A stretch of DNA of 64,000 bases. Source: a virus. Lineage: Duplodnaviria > Heunggongvirae > Uroviricota > Caudoviricetes. How positions within the stretch are numbered: the stretch's first letter is position 1; every line of letters begins with the position of its first letter. Positions 29,001 through 38,802 of this stretch are shown piece by piece. The stretch lies in IMG/VR virus record IMGVR_UViG_3300026122_000001, one strand, 5' to 3'. The translations under genes were made by a program, and so were the position numbers. The notes under the pieces were generated by a model. It did not search any database. It was not told the DNA's origin and worked only from the letters and a program-made list of their open reading frames with translations.

Positions 29001-29747
29001 TTATTGATCCGATCGGGTGTGGTCAGCTTCCGTGATGTTACACCGGCCGGATGTCGAAATTGTCGCGTCACCGAGATTGAATTCCAGCGATTCGTACCGG
29101 AAGTCATTCAGGGTGGTAGTTTCCATCTGCGAGCCACCACAAGGCGGCACATGCTCGACGACCATATCCACTGCGTAAGGCTCGCAGGGATCGGCGGACG
29201 AGGAAACCCATTCGCCAGCTTCGTTCTTGCGCTTGAGGGCGTCCACCGGGGTGATTGATTCACCCGTCCCGGCCGACACGAACTCATACACAAAATCGAG
29301 GCTGACATCAACCGGCTGGGCATCGCCTTCCCGGACGGTGTCCAGGCTGCCACGATCCAGCAAGTAGTCATACTCTTTGGCCTCGGTGTATGTCAGGTTG
29401 CCGTCACCGATCTTGATTTCGATTTCCTGCGGCAGGAATGTGATGACCGCATCGTCAACCGGGGCAGTTCCCCATGCAGGCGTGAAATCAATCGATGTGG
29501 TGGGGCTGGCGCTCTCAGGCACCCGGGCCGTCACAACAAAGATTTGCTCACCGACTGGGGCACCAGCACCAACACACTGGAATCGGGCCCCAACAGGGAT
29601 CATTTCAACGTCATCGGTATTCAGGGCGACCGTGTCGACCCCAACGGTTGTGTCCAAAGCGTCTGGCGTGGCTTCATCCACGGCACCGCTGCCACTGAGG
29701 CCGTCCCTCAGGTAAATTGTCGCGTCTCTTAGTTCAATACGAGCCAT
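29001..29747 (-). CDS. Major tail tube protein
   Basis: 248 aa, between terminator-like gene and chaperone; beta-rich; EIEIKIGDGNLTYTEAKEYDYLLDRG; C/G-biased codons; SD AGGAG. Confidence 0.8.
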   Translation of the reverse strand: MARIELRDATIYLRDGLSGSGAVDEATPDALDTTVGVDTVALNTDDVEMIPVGARFQCVGAGAPVGEQIFVVTARVPESASPTTSIDFTPAWGTAPVDDAVITFLPQEIEIKIGDGNLTYTEAKEYDYLLDRGSLDTVREGDAQPVDVSLDFVYEFVSAGTGESITPVDALKRKNEAGEWVSSSADPCEPYAVDMVVEHVPPCGGSQMETTTLNDFRYESLEFNLGDATISTSGRCNITEADHTRSDQ

Positions 29748-29826
29748 TTGCTTACTCTCCTAGATCAAAGGAACCGGTTCATTCAGGTGTGTACATCACC
29801 TATGGGCTTCTCAGGCGTCCTGAGGA

Positions 29827-30318
29827 TCAAGCCCCAACAAGGAGGTCCATGTAAAACATGGCATCGACAGCGATCTGTCGAATTTCTTCGGTGCGACCGA
29901 CTTGGCCGAAATGCCAAATCTTAACACTGTCTCCCTTGTTACTGCGAGGCACCAAGCATCCCAGCAACAAATTATCATCTTCGGGACCATTCCCGTATCG
30001 TACGACTTCTATCTGTTCGCTCAAGAGTGACTGAAACTCACCTGCCCATATGTCAGGCTGGTACATGTTCTTGTCGCCGGTCATCGTGAATGTAATCAGG
30101 ATGTTGATTCCCACTTGTAGTTCGTAGAAATTGTGGCTGCGTTCCCGAACCCAGGGGCCATTCATTCGGAACTCGGCTCGGTCTTGGCACATCAAGTCTG
30201 CATCCCGCATATCGAGCCCTTCGATATGCAACTTCAATGATATGGCCTGGGCTGTTGCCCGGCACTGCTTTGCAGCGGATTGCAGAATCCATCGTGGCCA
30301 GTTGGGGTTGGATGCCAT
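29827..30318 (-). CDS. Tail terminator-like protein
   Basis: Position immediately before the tail tube; 163 aa. Confidence 0.55.
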   Translation of the reverse strand: MASNPNWPRWILQSAAKQCRATAQAISLKLHIEGLDMRDADLMCQDRAEFRMNGPWVRERSHNFYELQVGINILITFTMTGDKNMYQPDIWAGEFQSLLSEQIEVVRYGNGPEDDNLLLGCLVPRSNKGDSVKIWHFGQVGRTEEIRQIAVDAMFYMDLLVGA

Positions 30319-30827
30319 CAGATTTCCTCGCCTGTGTCAGTCAAGGCAAGCCAGCTATCGGCCACTAATGGAAAAATCTGCTCATGCACGCTGCCATATA
30401 CACGCTTGCCGGTAATCATCCATGCGCCACCAAGGTCGAACTCTTCCACCTGTTTCAGTTCGTACCTGTGGCCTTTGTAAACGATCCAGTCGTCCAGTTG
30501 TATGCCGTCCTCGTCTGGGACAGACCTAACGTCTCGTTTATCAATGATGAACACCCTGGAAGACGTGTCGAAGCTGCCGCCATACACCATGGCTTTGTTG
30601 GCCGAGATTTGTGAAATGCTCTGCAAGACTTCTCGCACGATTTTCGCTGGCAGCACGATGGCTCGCCGAACGGGGTGAACTTCCTTGATTGTGGTCTTGA
30701 TGCCAGTGTCAAGGTCAGTGTCGGAGTCCACGGACCGATACAAATCGATGGGCGCACCCCACTGACGCTTCAGTGAGTACATCACTTGCTTTCCGAGCCG
30801 ATCAATTTGTGCGTTGGGTCGTGTCAT
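30318..30827 (-). CDS. Head closure/stopper-like protein
   Basis: 169 aa beta-rich; DDWIVYKGHRYELKQVEE resembles head-tail joining proteins; position. Confidence 0.55.
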   Translation of the reverse strand: MTRPNAQIDRLGKQVMYSLKRQWGAPIDLYRSVDSDTDLDTGIKTTIKEVHPVRRAIVLPAKIVREVLQSISQISANKAMVYGGSFDTSSRVFIIDKRDVRSVPDEDGIQLDDWIVYKGHRYELKQVEEFDLGGAWMITGKRVYGSVHEQIFPLVADSWLALTDTGEEI

Positions 30828-31249
30828 TATCGGATTGAATCCAGTTTTCGACGGATGTCTCGCAGTTCAGACACGATGTCCACATCGAGAGTTGTGGCGA
30901 ATTTGGCCATGATGTCACAGAATCCCAGGCCTGCTTCATGCAGTGCAGTCGTAGCAAAGACCGAATTCGGGTCACCATGGGTCTTGGTCAACTCATGGAC
31001 TTCGTCATAGATTTTCGTTGTGAGTTGTGTCTGTGCGAGTTCGATCTGCATAAGCTGGGTTTGTGTCTCTGAGTTTTTGAGCATGACGCCCGCTGACTCG
31101 TCCACAAACTTGATGTGACGTTTTCCGACTTCGGTGATGATTCCGCCATCTCGTGCGAATAGCCGCCGCAGCGTCCAGACGCCAGACAACAAAATACAAC
31201 CCACCATCAGCCCCAGAAGTCCGTATTCAGTGAATGGTCCAAAGTTCAT
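30827..31249 (-). CDS. Membrane protein with one N-terminal TM and a coiled coil (holin-like?)
   Basis: EYGLLGLMVGCILLSGVWTLRRLF. Confidence 0.5.
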   Translation of the reverse strand: MNFGPFTEYGLLGLMVGCILLSGVWTLRRLFARDGGIITEVGKRHIKFVDESAGVMLKNSETQTQLMQIELAQTQLTTKIYDEVHELTKTHGDPNSVFATTALHEAGLGFCDIMAKFATTLDVDIVSELRDIRRKLDSIR

Positions 31250-31261
31250 GTCGTTATCTCC

Positions 31262-31927
31262 TTATTCGACACGCCTAATCCGTAGCCTACATCCACTTGC
31301 TGGGTACCGCCATGCAAGTGACCCAGATGTTCGCTGACTCACAATCGTAATTTCGTCTCCGACTGCCACTGCCAAAGATGATCGGCCCATACATATTGAA
31401 CTGGCTTCACCTTCGTGCAATACTGTGGCTCGCAATGTACCAGGGACAAATACCCCGTTGATGGCAAGCCATGATTCCATTCCGGACATCCCGGTACCGC
31501 TGTCACAGGCCACACTAATTTCAGCCTGTATGTCAATCGCGCCATCAAAGTTTATGTCGATATGTGCGTTTTCGGGTGCCAAAATTATGGCAGGTGTTTC
31601 AATTGACGTGGTGTCTAGTGGCTGTGCGGCCACGGCGTCAGTGTTATATGCTACGCTGTCTGCTGCGTTGTATGCCTCAAAACGTGGCCGGGTGCCAAAG
31701 ATGGCCTGCATCCAAAGTTCTGAGCCACCGGGGGCGATCAGAGTAGGAGTGTCATCATAAATCTCAAGCGTGCCTGCCATCAGTAGGATATTGAGGTCAA
31801 TCGACATTCGTATGGCTTGTAAATCCTCCACGTCCATGAGATCGAGACTGTCACCGGCTGGTAGTACCACCCCGAATGATGGGACGGCGAGTTCAGTGCT
31901 GCTAGCGTTCTTTAGGGTTCCGTACAT
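31262..31927 (-). CDS. Virion accessory/decoration protein
   Basis: N-terminus GTLKN shared with the two upstream genes; beta-rich C-domain. Confidence 0.55.
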   Translation of the reverse strand: MYGTLKNASSTELAVPSFGVVLPAGDSLDLMDVEDLQAIRMSIDLNILLMAGTLEIYDDTPTLIAPGGSELWMQAIFGTRPRFEAYNAADSVAYNTDAVAAQPLDTTSIETPAIILAPENAHIDINFDGAIDIQAEISVACDSGTGMSGMESWLAINGVFVPGTLRATVLHEGEASSICMGRSSLAVAVGDEITIVSQRTSGSLAWRYPASGCRLRIRRVE

Positions 31928-32592
31928 CAGTCAACATCGAATTGAAACTCAACCCGAACTTTCTTGAAATGTGATTTGTCTTTGTTGCCAGCTTTGCGAT
32001 AGATCACCAGTCCGTATTCGCCAACACTCAGAGCAAGGTTCAATGTGATGGTTGTGGCTGACCGCGAGTCTGACGGCAGTACCACAATGTCGTCATGTAC
32101 CAAAGTAGGCGTATCTGCTGGGTCACGGTAAAGTTGAATCGCGTATGTCTGGTCCTTGTCTGCTTTGTTGACAGTAATCGAGATGGCCTTCATGTGGCTG
32201 GCTTGCATAATCTGGAAACCAGACTCCAAATGACTATCATCCTCGGAATTTTTGAACCAATGTTTGAGGTCCTTTTTCACATGCCCCTTGAATATCGCGG
32301 TGCTCCTATAGGTTGGCTTACCAATACCGACTGCTTGCCCGGGTGGGCCAACTTCCCATTCAGTTGCGATCCAAGTCGCAACATTACCAGCAGCAATCGT
32401 TTGACCCGCTGCATCACGCAGTATGACTGTGCTGTTGGTAATACGGGCTTCTAGTTCGACCTCTGCGGATTTGATCTTGTGGTAACGTACCCCGTCTGGA
32501 ATTGTGACTGTATCGAGAGCAAGGACAAGCCACCCAAGATTTCGGATGTTGATTTGAGACAGCGTCAAATTCTCGATGCTTCCGCGCGACAT
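31927..32592 (-). CDS. Virion accessory protein (paralogue family with C-terminal DP..P.LV...GEYG domain)
   Basis: YAIQLYRDPADTPTLVH...GEYGLVIYR...KSHFK. Confidence 0.55.
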   Translation of the reverse strand: MSRGSIENLTLSQINIRNLGWLVLALDTVTIPDGVRYHKIKSAEVELEARITNSTVILRDAAGQTIAAGNVATWIATEWEVGPPGQAVGIGKPTYRSTAIFKGHVKKDLKHWFKNSEDDSHLESGFQIMQASHMKAISITVNKADKDQTYAIQLYRDPADTPTLVHDDIVVLPSDSRSATTITLNLALSVGEYGLVIYRKAGNKDKSHFKKVRVEFQFDVD

Positions 32593-33254
32593 TATTGTTC
32601 CTCGACTACAAGCAATACTGTTCCGTTGGCGAAAGTTGATTCCCCCGAACCTGTGAGCCGCTCGATTGCAATACCATACTCCCCAGCAGGTAGATCAACG
32701 CCTACCAAGTTATGGACTTGGAAAGTACGAGTCGACCCGGCTTCGATGGTTAGTTTGTTACTAACCACGAGGGTCGGTGATGCATCCGTTGGGTTCTCAT
32801 ACACACGGATGTCGTAGGTATTTGTGGGCTCGGCCTCATCCAGTGCCACATAGATTCGACGCAAACTCGAATCCACGTCAATTCCAAAACCAACATTGGA
32901 ATGTGGCGTCCCTTGGGCATGCGACAAGAACAGAAAACCAGTTGATGGTACCGGGGAATCAAAAACAGCCTCAATACGGTATGTTGCCGCTGGTATAGCC
33001 CGGTCAGCCTGCCAGTTTGACTCGATCCAGTCGCGGATGTCAGCCGGGTCCACAACTTGTGGGGTAGCCTCATCGTTTTCGATTTCGATATCCAAAGCCG
33101 TGCTTAGGCTCACGAGTTCGTCTTCAGCAGCCTCAACAGAACGGTAGTCAAAATCAGCATCAATGACATTCTCGCTGTATGCAGGCATAATCCAGCCCAG
33201 CCATCGTATGAGAACCGGGTAGTTTCGTAGGTTCTTGATTGTCCCCTTGGCCAT
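32592..33254 (-). CDS. Virion accessory protein (same paralogue family)
   Basis: YDIRVYENPTDASPTLVV...GEYGIAIERLTGSGESTF. Confidence 0.55.
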   Translation of the reverse strand: MAKGTIKNLRNYPVLIRWLGWIMPAYSENVIDADFDYRSVEAAEDELVSLSTALDIEIENDEATPQVVDPADIRDWIESNWQADRAIPAATYRIEAVFDSPVPSTGFLFLSHAQGTPHSNVGFGIDVDSSLRRIYVALDEAEPTNTYDIRVYENPTDASPTLVVSNKLTIEAGSTRTFQVHNLVGVDLPAGEYGIAIERLTGSGESTFANGTVLLVVEEQ

Positions 33255-33258
33255 ACTG

Positions 33259-33828
33259 TTACCCGAATGCTATCATGCCATAGCCGAATTTGAACTTTGA
33301 TTTCCCGCTACCGCTAATACGATCAACAAACAATCCGTACTCGCCGGGGCTCAGTGCCAAATTCAGTGAGTCGGTTCCAATCAATCTGGTGCTTACTGGT
33401 AAAGTCACCAAAGTGTGTACCAAAACGGGCGTGCCTGTCGGGTCCGAATACAGTCGTAACACAAAGCTCCTGTCGGGGTCGATTTCTGAAACTACCAAAC
33501 TGGCTTGGCGAATAATTGTTGTTTCGGTAATAGCAAATCCGCACACTGTGAACGGGATGAGATTGTCGGTGCCCAATGCTAGCGATCCTGTGTGTGGCAC
33601 GGCTGCGGAAAAGGTGGCATCCACACGCTGCTTATCAACCACCACGTCATAGTCAACACTAGCTGTTACTTCCCCAGTCCCTGTATCCCCACCTGTTTCG
33701 TCCAGTGTCACACCGGACCCCGCGACGAGGCGAGTTATCATCGCCTCGCCCGGGGTAACGATGTTCATGTCATCTCTAGTCAAGCCGCCGTCACGCACTT
33801 GATGTCCAGGGACTTGAGTTCTAGCCAT
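33259..33828 (-). CDS. Virion accessory protein (same paralogue family)
   Basis: Start MARTQVPGHQVRDG; FVLRLYSDPTGTPVLVH...GEYGLFVDRISGSGKSKF. Confidence 0.55.
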   Translation of the reverse strand: MARTQVPGHQVRDGGLTRDDMNIVTPGEAMITRLVAGSGVTLDETGGDTGTGEVTASVDYDVVVDKQRVDATFSAAVPHTGSLALGTDNLIPFTVCGFAITETTIIRQASLVVSEIDPDRSFVLRLYSDPTGTPVLVHTLVTLPVSTRLIGTDSLNLALSPGEYGLFVDRISGSGKSKFKFGYGMIAFG

Positions 33829-33842
33829 GACGCACCTCAGGA

Positions 33843-34634
33843 TCAATACTCGTAATCAACCATGACCACATCGGCAGCCGCCGCCGGACCAGGGTTGGTG
33901 AGGTTGAACGTAAACGTGATGACTCCGGTTGCCAGAACGATGGTATAGTCGTTCCCGGCACCCTCACGCTGTCGAACGCCATTCAGGTAAACGCGCTCGG
34001 TGCCAGAGATCACTGGCAGGTTACTCAGGGCCGCTACAGCAGCCGCTCCGTTGGTCACAGCGGGCTCTTCGCTGTACACATGGTTGTTACCGGCCGAGAC
34101 ATTCGAGAACTTGGCCCAAACAAGCGTGTCAGACCCGATTTCGTCGCCGCCCGTGTTGTTGGTGACAACCCAAGCGGTGTCAGCATACGCTGTACCTTCT
34201 TCGACGAAGCAAGCGTAGTTTGCAGCGAAGCCACCACTGGGCCAATCTAGGGCGCGTGTCCAAGCACCAGAGTGTGCTAGCCAGACACCATTCTCTGTTG
34301 GTGTGCCCTGGTCAGCGAGCAGAACACGATCACCTTCGGTATCGACGGCAACACCGTCAATGGTGAGTGCCAGCCCAGAAAGGCTGGCCTCGTCAGCGAT
34401 GGCGATAACCTTGACAGGCTCTTTCCAAGCGAGGCCGTTGACAAGGTTGTCAACATAGGACTTGATGGTGTAATCATTGGCATTGGTAGGTGTACAACCA
34501 CCAGTGATAACAGCATCGTTGTTCCCATTGGAATGATCCCAATCAGAACCACCTGTGAAGTCCAGTTCAAGGCGACCAACATCGACTGTGTTGTCCTTGA
34601 TCTGGGTCTTTCCGCGAATCGACGTAACAGCCAT
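33843..34634 (-). CDS. Head/tail fibre-like structural protein
   Basis: SYVDNLVNGLAWKEPV...TIDGV...GDRVLLADQ..TENGVW.AHSGAWTRA motif typical of phage fibre proteins; C-terminal VYLNGVRQ domain. Confidence 0.65.
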   Translation of the reverse strand: MAVTSIRGKTQIKDNTVDVGRLELDFTGGSDWDHSNGNNDAVITGGCTPTNANDYTIKSYVDNLVNGLAWKEPVKVIAIADEASLSGLALTIDGVAVDTEGDRVLLADQGTPTENGVWLAHSGAWTRALDWPSGGFAANYACFVEEGTAYADTAWVVTNNTGGDEIGSDTLVWAKFSNVSAGNNHVYSEEPAVTNGAAAVAALSNLPVISGTERVYLNGVRQREGAGNDYTIVLATGVITFTFNLTNPGPAAAADVVMVDYEY

Positions 34635-34645
34635 AGGTATACTCC

Positions 34646-35194
34646 TTATGTTACCAGATATTTAACAGTAATTTTGTCGTCCAACTCAAATACCCAGGTG
34701 GGGTGGAACACAATTGTTGAGCCGACAATGACGTAGTCTTCCGATGCGCCTCGCGTTTGTTGGTTTCCGTTCACCAACACCGTCTCGTTCCCTCGATCGG
34801 GGGTAGCCTGCAAAATAACAGAGTTTGACGCGAGTATTGTTCCGTCGACATAAAACACTTCTTCGACACGCGCAGCTTGTGGTTGTCCATGCTGTCCGCC
34901 CGCTACTGTATTCCCAGTGGTGAAGATCAATGTTGATGCCGCTTCGTGGTGGTGTATCTTTTGGCAGTCGGCTGCCTGGGCCAGACTTAACGAGTCCGGC
35001 AGACTCAATGGTTTGATGTCAGAGAGTCGTTGCGTAATCTCGATTGTGTTGGCCGCAGATCGTATAAGGGTTGCCGCCAGTATGACTGAGTGCGTCAAAT
35101 ACAAATCGTTGATCGGATCGGTGCCACCGGGACCCGTCGTGGCTGGCTGTATGCCGCGAAAGCGAACCGTGGCTGTCATCGAAGTTGTTTGCAT
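34646..35194 (-). CDS. Virion accessory protein
   Basis: C-terminal VLVNGNQQTRGASEDYVI domain paralogous to the C-terminus of 33843-34634. Confidence 0.5.
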   Translation of the reverse strand: MQTTSMTATVRFRGIQPATTGPGGTDPINDLYLTHSVILAATLIRSAANTIEITQRLSDIKPLSLPDSLSLAQAADCQKIHHHEAASTLIFTTGNTVAGGQHGQPQAARVEEVFYVDGTILASNSVILQATPDRGNETVLVNGNQQTRGASEDYVIVGSTIVFHPTWVFELDDKITVKYLVT

Positions 35195-35200
35195 GGTGTA

Positions 35201-35479
35201 TCATCGATAGAAAGAGATGTTAAGTTCTGCGCCCGCAGACACTTCAATGAACCGAATCTTTTTCACATCGCCTGTGTACCAAAAATCTTGCCCGGCTACT
35301 AGGAGCATTCCTACCGTCGGGGTCGGGTCTTCGCCATCATCACGCCATCTGACACGTCTGGATACAGCTTGGATCAAAGCAATCCGACCACCCTGTGGGT
35401 TCAGGCCTCGGACTGCACTAAGATCATTGATTTGTTGGTAACCGGTTGGTTCCAGGTTGCCGTCGGTAACTTGATACAT
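35201..35479 (-). CDS. Small capsid decoration/cement-like protein (92 aa)
   Basis: Directly after the coat terminator; VRWRDDGEDPTPTVGMLL; start moved to MYQV because the longer start lies inside the terminator. Confidence 0.5.
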   Translation of the reverse strand: MYQVTDGNLEPTGYQQINDLSAVRGLNPQGGRIALIQAVSRRVRWRDDGEDPTPTVGMLLVAGQDFWYTGDVKKIRFIEVSAGAELNISFYR

Positions 35480-35490
35480 GGTATTACCTG

Positions 35491-35531
35491 ATAGAAAAAT
35501 GTCTCTCGGCGGCACAATGCCGCCGAGAGAC
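35491..35531 (-). terminator. Rho-independent terminator after the major capsid gene
   Basis: 14-bp perfect stem GTCTCTCGGCGGCA-caa-TGCCGCCGAGAGAC followed on the minus strand by ATTTTTCTAT. Confidence 0.85.
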
Positions 35532-35547
35532 TGAGACTACAACGGGA

Positions 35548-36921
35548 TCAGCCAAGCACGATGGAACCGAGGTTCACGTCGAGCACGGCGACACCACACA
35601 GCATGTCCAGGGTCACAATCGTACCCTGCGCGTTGATGTCGTACTGCATCGAGACCCGCATGGCAACGTCATTGTAGACGCCAACCTGCGAGCGGACACC
35701 CGTGTCGCTCGGCGGCAAGGCCAGCGGACGCGAGACGAGAGCCAAAGCATCCCGATGGAACGCAAAGTTCAACGAACCAGCGGGGCCGGGGAAGGCCGCC
35801 TGGGCATTGACGAGTGCGACTTCCAGCGGACGATCGAGCAGGAGGTTGCCACCATCGGCTTCGATGATCGTGTAAACACGACGAGCACCACCCGCACCGA
35901 AGGCGATCAACTGACCAACCTGGGGAGCGTTCGTGTAGCCGGTCACGACGACTTCCTTGGCCCAATCGATGGCGAAACCACCGCTGACCGCACAGGCCGG
36001 GTAAGCTCGGACGGCACTGGCCGCCGCAACATCGTTGACCAGCGCGGCACTCAGCGTGACAGCAGTCGTGTCACCAGCACCGACGGTCGCGGCTGTGGCA
36101 TACGTCGGTTGCCCGTCGTCTTCCATAACCACATACTCACCGGCAACGACTTCGTGGCCGGTGATTGCAACGGTCTGCGAGGCAGCAACGCCAGCAGCCG
36201 CAGCATTCGTGACCGTACCCGCTGCGACATCGGCGTTGACGTTGCCGATCCCGGGCGTGTTCTGGTCCATGAAAGTGTCGAAGCCGAGAACCCGACCGAG
36301 ACTGGCATCACGCAGGGCAGTACCCTGGTCACCACGCTTCTCAGCCGAGATGAAGAGATCGTTCTTCAACATCTGGGTTTCCGCCTGCGGGCCCAACACG
36401 AGGTTGCGACCGTTCGGATACGCCTTGTTGATGTTCATGATCTCACGGGCTTCGAGCAGCACGTCCTTGGCATTGGACGAGTGTAGACCACCCAGACGGC
36501 CGACAGCATTCGGCAGGAACTGATGGACGCGACCCAACAGGGCACGATCCACCGATCGAGCGATACTCTGCATACCAGGCAGCAGGTAAATCTCGATCAG
36601 GTCCTGGAACGACTTGCTCGCTTCGCCGTCCTTGATGGTGAACGAAGTGTAGAAGTGCTGGTCAAGCGGGACCCGCACGTTCGTGGCACTTGCGTCCTGA
36701 AGGGTGATGTTGTCCGTGTCGGTCTTCCTCTTCGACTGGAACGTACCAGGTCGGCGAGTGTTGACCACATCGCCGTACTCAGCAACGATCGGCGAGAAAT
36801 CACGGTGGACCAAGCGGGACATGACCATATTCTCTTCGAGAATGGCCAGGCCTTCCATTGCCCACATCGCGGGGATGAGGGCACTGTTGTCGTTGGCGTA
36901 ACATACGTTAAAAGGATTCAT
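35548..36921 (-). CDS. Major capsid protein, P22 coat-like, with a central beta insertion (457 aa)
   Basis: SD GGGGAG before MNPF; MWAMEGLAILEENMV..LVHRDF..GDVVNTRRP; C-terminal AFHRDALALVSRPL...DMLCGVAVLD; strong codon bias. Confidence 0.9.
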   Translation of the reverse strand: MNPFNVCYANDNSALIPAMWAMEGLAILEENMVMSRLVHRDFSPIVAEYGDVVNTRRPGTFQSKRKTDTDNITLQDASATNVRVPLDQHFYTSFTIKDGEASKSFQDLIEIYLLPGMQSIARSVDRALLGRVHQFLPNAVGRLGGLHSSNAKDVLLEAREIMNINKAYPNGRNLVLGPQAETQMLKNDLFISAEKRGDQGTALRDASLGRVLGFDTFMDQNTPGIGNVNADVAAGTVTNAAAAGVAASQTVAITGHEVVAGEYVVMEDDGQPTYATAATVGAGDTTAVTLSAALVNDVAAASAVRAYPACAVSGGFAIDWAKEVVVTGYTNAPQVGQLIAFGAGGARRVYTIIEADGGNLLLDRPLEVALVNAQAAFPGPAGSLNFAFHRDALALVSRPLALPPSDTGVRSQVGVYNDVAMRVSMQYDINAQGTIVTLDMLCGVAVLDVNLGSIVLG

Positions 36922-36994
36922 GTTGTCTCCCCATTTTGGAGTTAAGGTTACAAAAATGTGTCTTAGTGACACAGACTTAGGAACCCCCTCTACC

Positions 36995-37981
36995 TCAACG
37001 AGTTTTGAGCCCGAGGGCTTCGGGGTTGTCTCTTCGGATTTTGTTATACTGTTCCTGGGTCAAGTTTGCAGGATCAATACGACCGCCTTTGCCCGGCGCG
37101 ACGCCGCCGGTAGCGGAGTTCCCTCCGATGCCTGAAACCACATTGGCTTTGAAGAGGTTGCCAAACATATCAGGCAACGCTTTCATCCGCGTTACAGCCT
37201 CCTCGGGGGTTCTCTGTGTCATGATTCGCTTCCCGGTTGTCTCATCGGTGTCCGGGAAATCGATCACGGGTACAAGGTTACCGGTGGCATGGCCAGCTTC
37301 GTCCAACTCATCGGCGATCTTCGTCATAGGACTGAGAAGCGTCACCACCTGCGAAGGATTGAAAGCATCAGCGGCCACTGCGGCATCTTGCAATGCACGA
37401 TCTCTGAGCGTGGTCTTGAAACGGTCCTCCCATTCGGTGGCTTTCGCCGTCAGGGATTCCACGTCGATCTTGGCCTGCTCTTCAACTTGCTTCTTTTCGT
37501 AAGCAAGCTGTTGCTCTTTGGAGCGGAATTGCTTCTGCAAGTCTTCCAACTGTGCCTGCAATTTGTCACGTTGCTCCGAACCAAGGTTTTGGTCCTGCAA
37601 GGCTTCCTTGTATGCAGCTTCCAAGCCCTCATACTTCTGTTGGTGCTTTCGACGGTCTTCAGCGAGGAACCGATTCATCTGTTCCTGTGAGAATCGCCCG
37701 TCTTGACTGGGTTGATCGAGCTTGGCTGATTCTGCCGCAATCTTTGCTTTGGCTGCGATTTCTGCCATCCGCATCTCGACCTCTTTGTCTTTGGCAGCAA
37801 GCTTGTCGGCCACAATCTTGTCAGCCATGGCAGCAATGTCTTGCTGTCGTTGGGCTTCCAATACCATGGGGTCCGGCAGGATACTTCCGCCACCACCGTC
37901 GCCAGCGTCGCCTGGATCAGCATCTCCGTCATAACAGACAACTTGTGGCATAGAACGAAGAATGTTTAGGTTAGTGTGCAT
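36995..37981 (-). CDS. Capsid scaffolding protein (328 aa)
   Basis: SD GGAGGT before MHTNL; long charged coiled coil; LFKANVVSGIGG C-terminus; directly upstream of coat. Confidence 0.8.
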   Translation of the reverse strand: MHTNLNILRSMPQVVCYDGDADPGDAGDGGGGSILPDPMVLEAQRQQDIAAMADKIVADKLAAKDKEVEMRMAEIAAKAKIAAESAKLDQPSQDGRFSQEQMNRFLAEDRRKHQQKYEGLEAAYKEALQDQNLGSEQRDKLQAQLEDLQKQFRSKEQQLAYEKKQVEEQAKIDVESLTAKATEWEDRFKTTLRDRALQDAAVAADAFNPSQVVTLLSPMTKIADELDEAGHATGNLVPVIDFPDTDETTGKRIMTQRTPEEAVTRMKALPDMFGNLFKANVVSGIGGNSATGGVAPGKGGRIDPANLTQEQYNKIRRDNPEALGLKTR

Positions 37982-37994
37982 GTGACACCTCCAA

Positions 37995-38507
37995 TTACGA
38001 AACCCTACTGAGTCGTAATGCATCGCTATCTCGCAGAAACGGTTTGAGTATTCGCCATGCCGTCGCGCTCGGCACACCGTTAATCAAATGTTCAATCGAG
38101 ATATTGGAACGGTTGTAGGTAGTCCGTACCGATGCATACCCTTGGCTTACAATCCCAAGGTTTTCCAATTCGGCATCAGGGTCCACCCCATCAAGCAGGG
38201 CGTACGCGATTTCGTAACACGCCTGTTGGATTTCAACAGGTACTTCTGTGTCTGTGTCACGGGGGAACTCTAATGCCTGAGTGGCCTCTGCTGCCCGAAT
38301 TTGCGCTGGTGTTGCGTCGGGGTTTTGTTCCAGCAGTTCGTAGACCGATCGTTTACACCCTGAATAGTTCAGCGTGTCAATGATTCGTGTAGCTTGCAGC
38401 AACGCCTTTGGGCGATCTGAAGCCCGAGCGGTTGACCATGCATATTCATGCAGTCTTTCCTCAAAATAAGCTTGTGCTTCAATCGTGGTGGCGTATGATT
38501 CGGACAT
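37995..38507 (-). CDS. Head-tail connector/adaptor (DnaT-like gp15/gp6-type)
   Basis: MSESYATTIEAQAYF...ALLQATRIIDTL.Y.G...QALEFPR...VPVEIQQACYEIAYALL; SD AAGGA. Confidence 0.75.
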   Translation of the reverse strand: MSESYATTIEAQAYFEERLHEYAWSTARASDRPKALLQATRIIDTLNYSGCKRSVYELLEQNPDATPAQIRAAEATQALEFPRDTDTEVPVEIQQACYEIAYALLDGVDPDAELENLGIVSQGYASVRTTYNRSNISIEHLINGVPSATAWRILKPFLRDSDALRLSRVS

Positions 38508-38517
38508 TGGCCGATCC

Positions 38518-38799
38518 TTATCTGGCGAGCCATGAGTATTTTTGGGACGCGATGCTTGCGATAACGTGCAGGGAAGCCCGGTCATCAATTTCGATGTCGA
38601 TTTCTTGGCCAGCACCCAGTTCAAAACCAGTGGCTGCTGTGACCCCTGCGCGCCCGACATAAATCAAACCAGCGTTTGTGGCCGCTGCTCTGATCCTGAT
38701 GCCATGGATGGGTGTCATGCCAAGTCCCGGTATGGCAGCAACTGCGGTTGCTCCGATGGTATTCTGGCCAGTCCGGATTTCGTTTGCTATTCTCAACAT
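38518..38799 (-). CDS. Small beta-rich virion protein (93 aa)
   Basis: IRAAATNAGLIYVG...GFELGAGQEIDIEI; located in the head module. Confidence 0.55.
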   Translation of the reverse strand: MLRIANEIRTGQNTIGATAVAAIPGLGMTPIHGIRIRAAATNAGLIYVGRAGVTAATGFELGAGQEIDIEIDDRASLHVIASIASQKYSWLAR

Positions 38800-38802
38800 G
38801 GG

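Noticed and set aside
35755-36945. Plus-strand ORFs opposite the capsid gene
   Set aside because: GC3-driven shadows.
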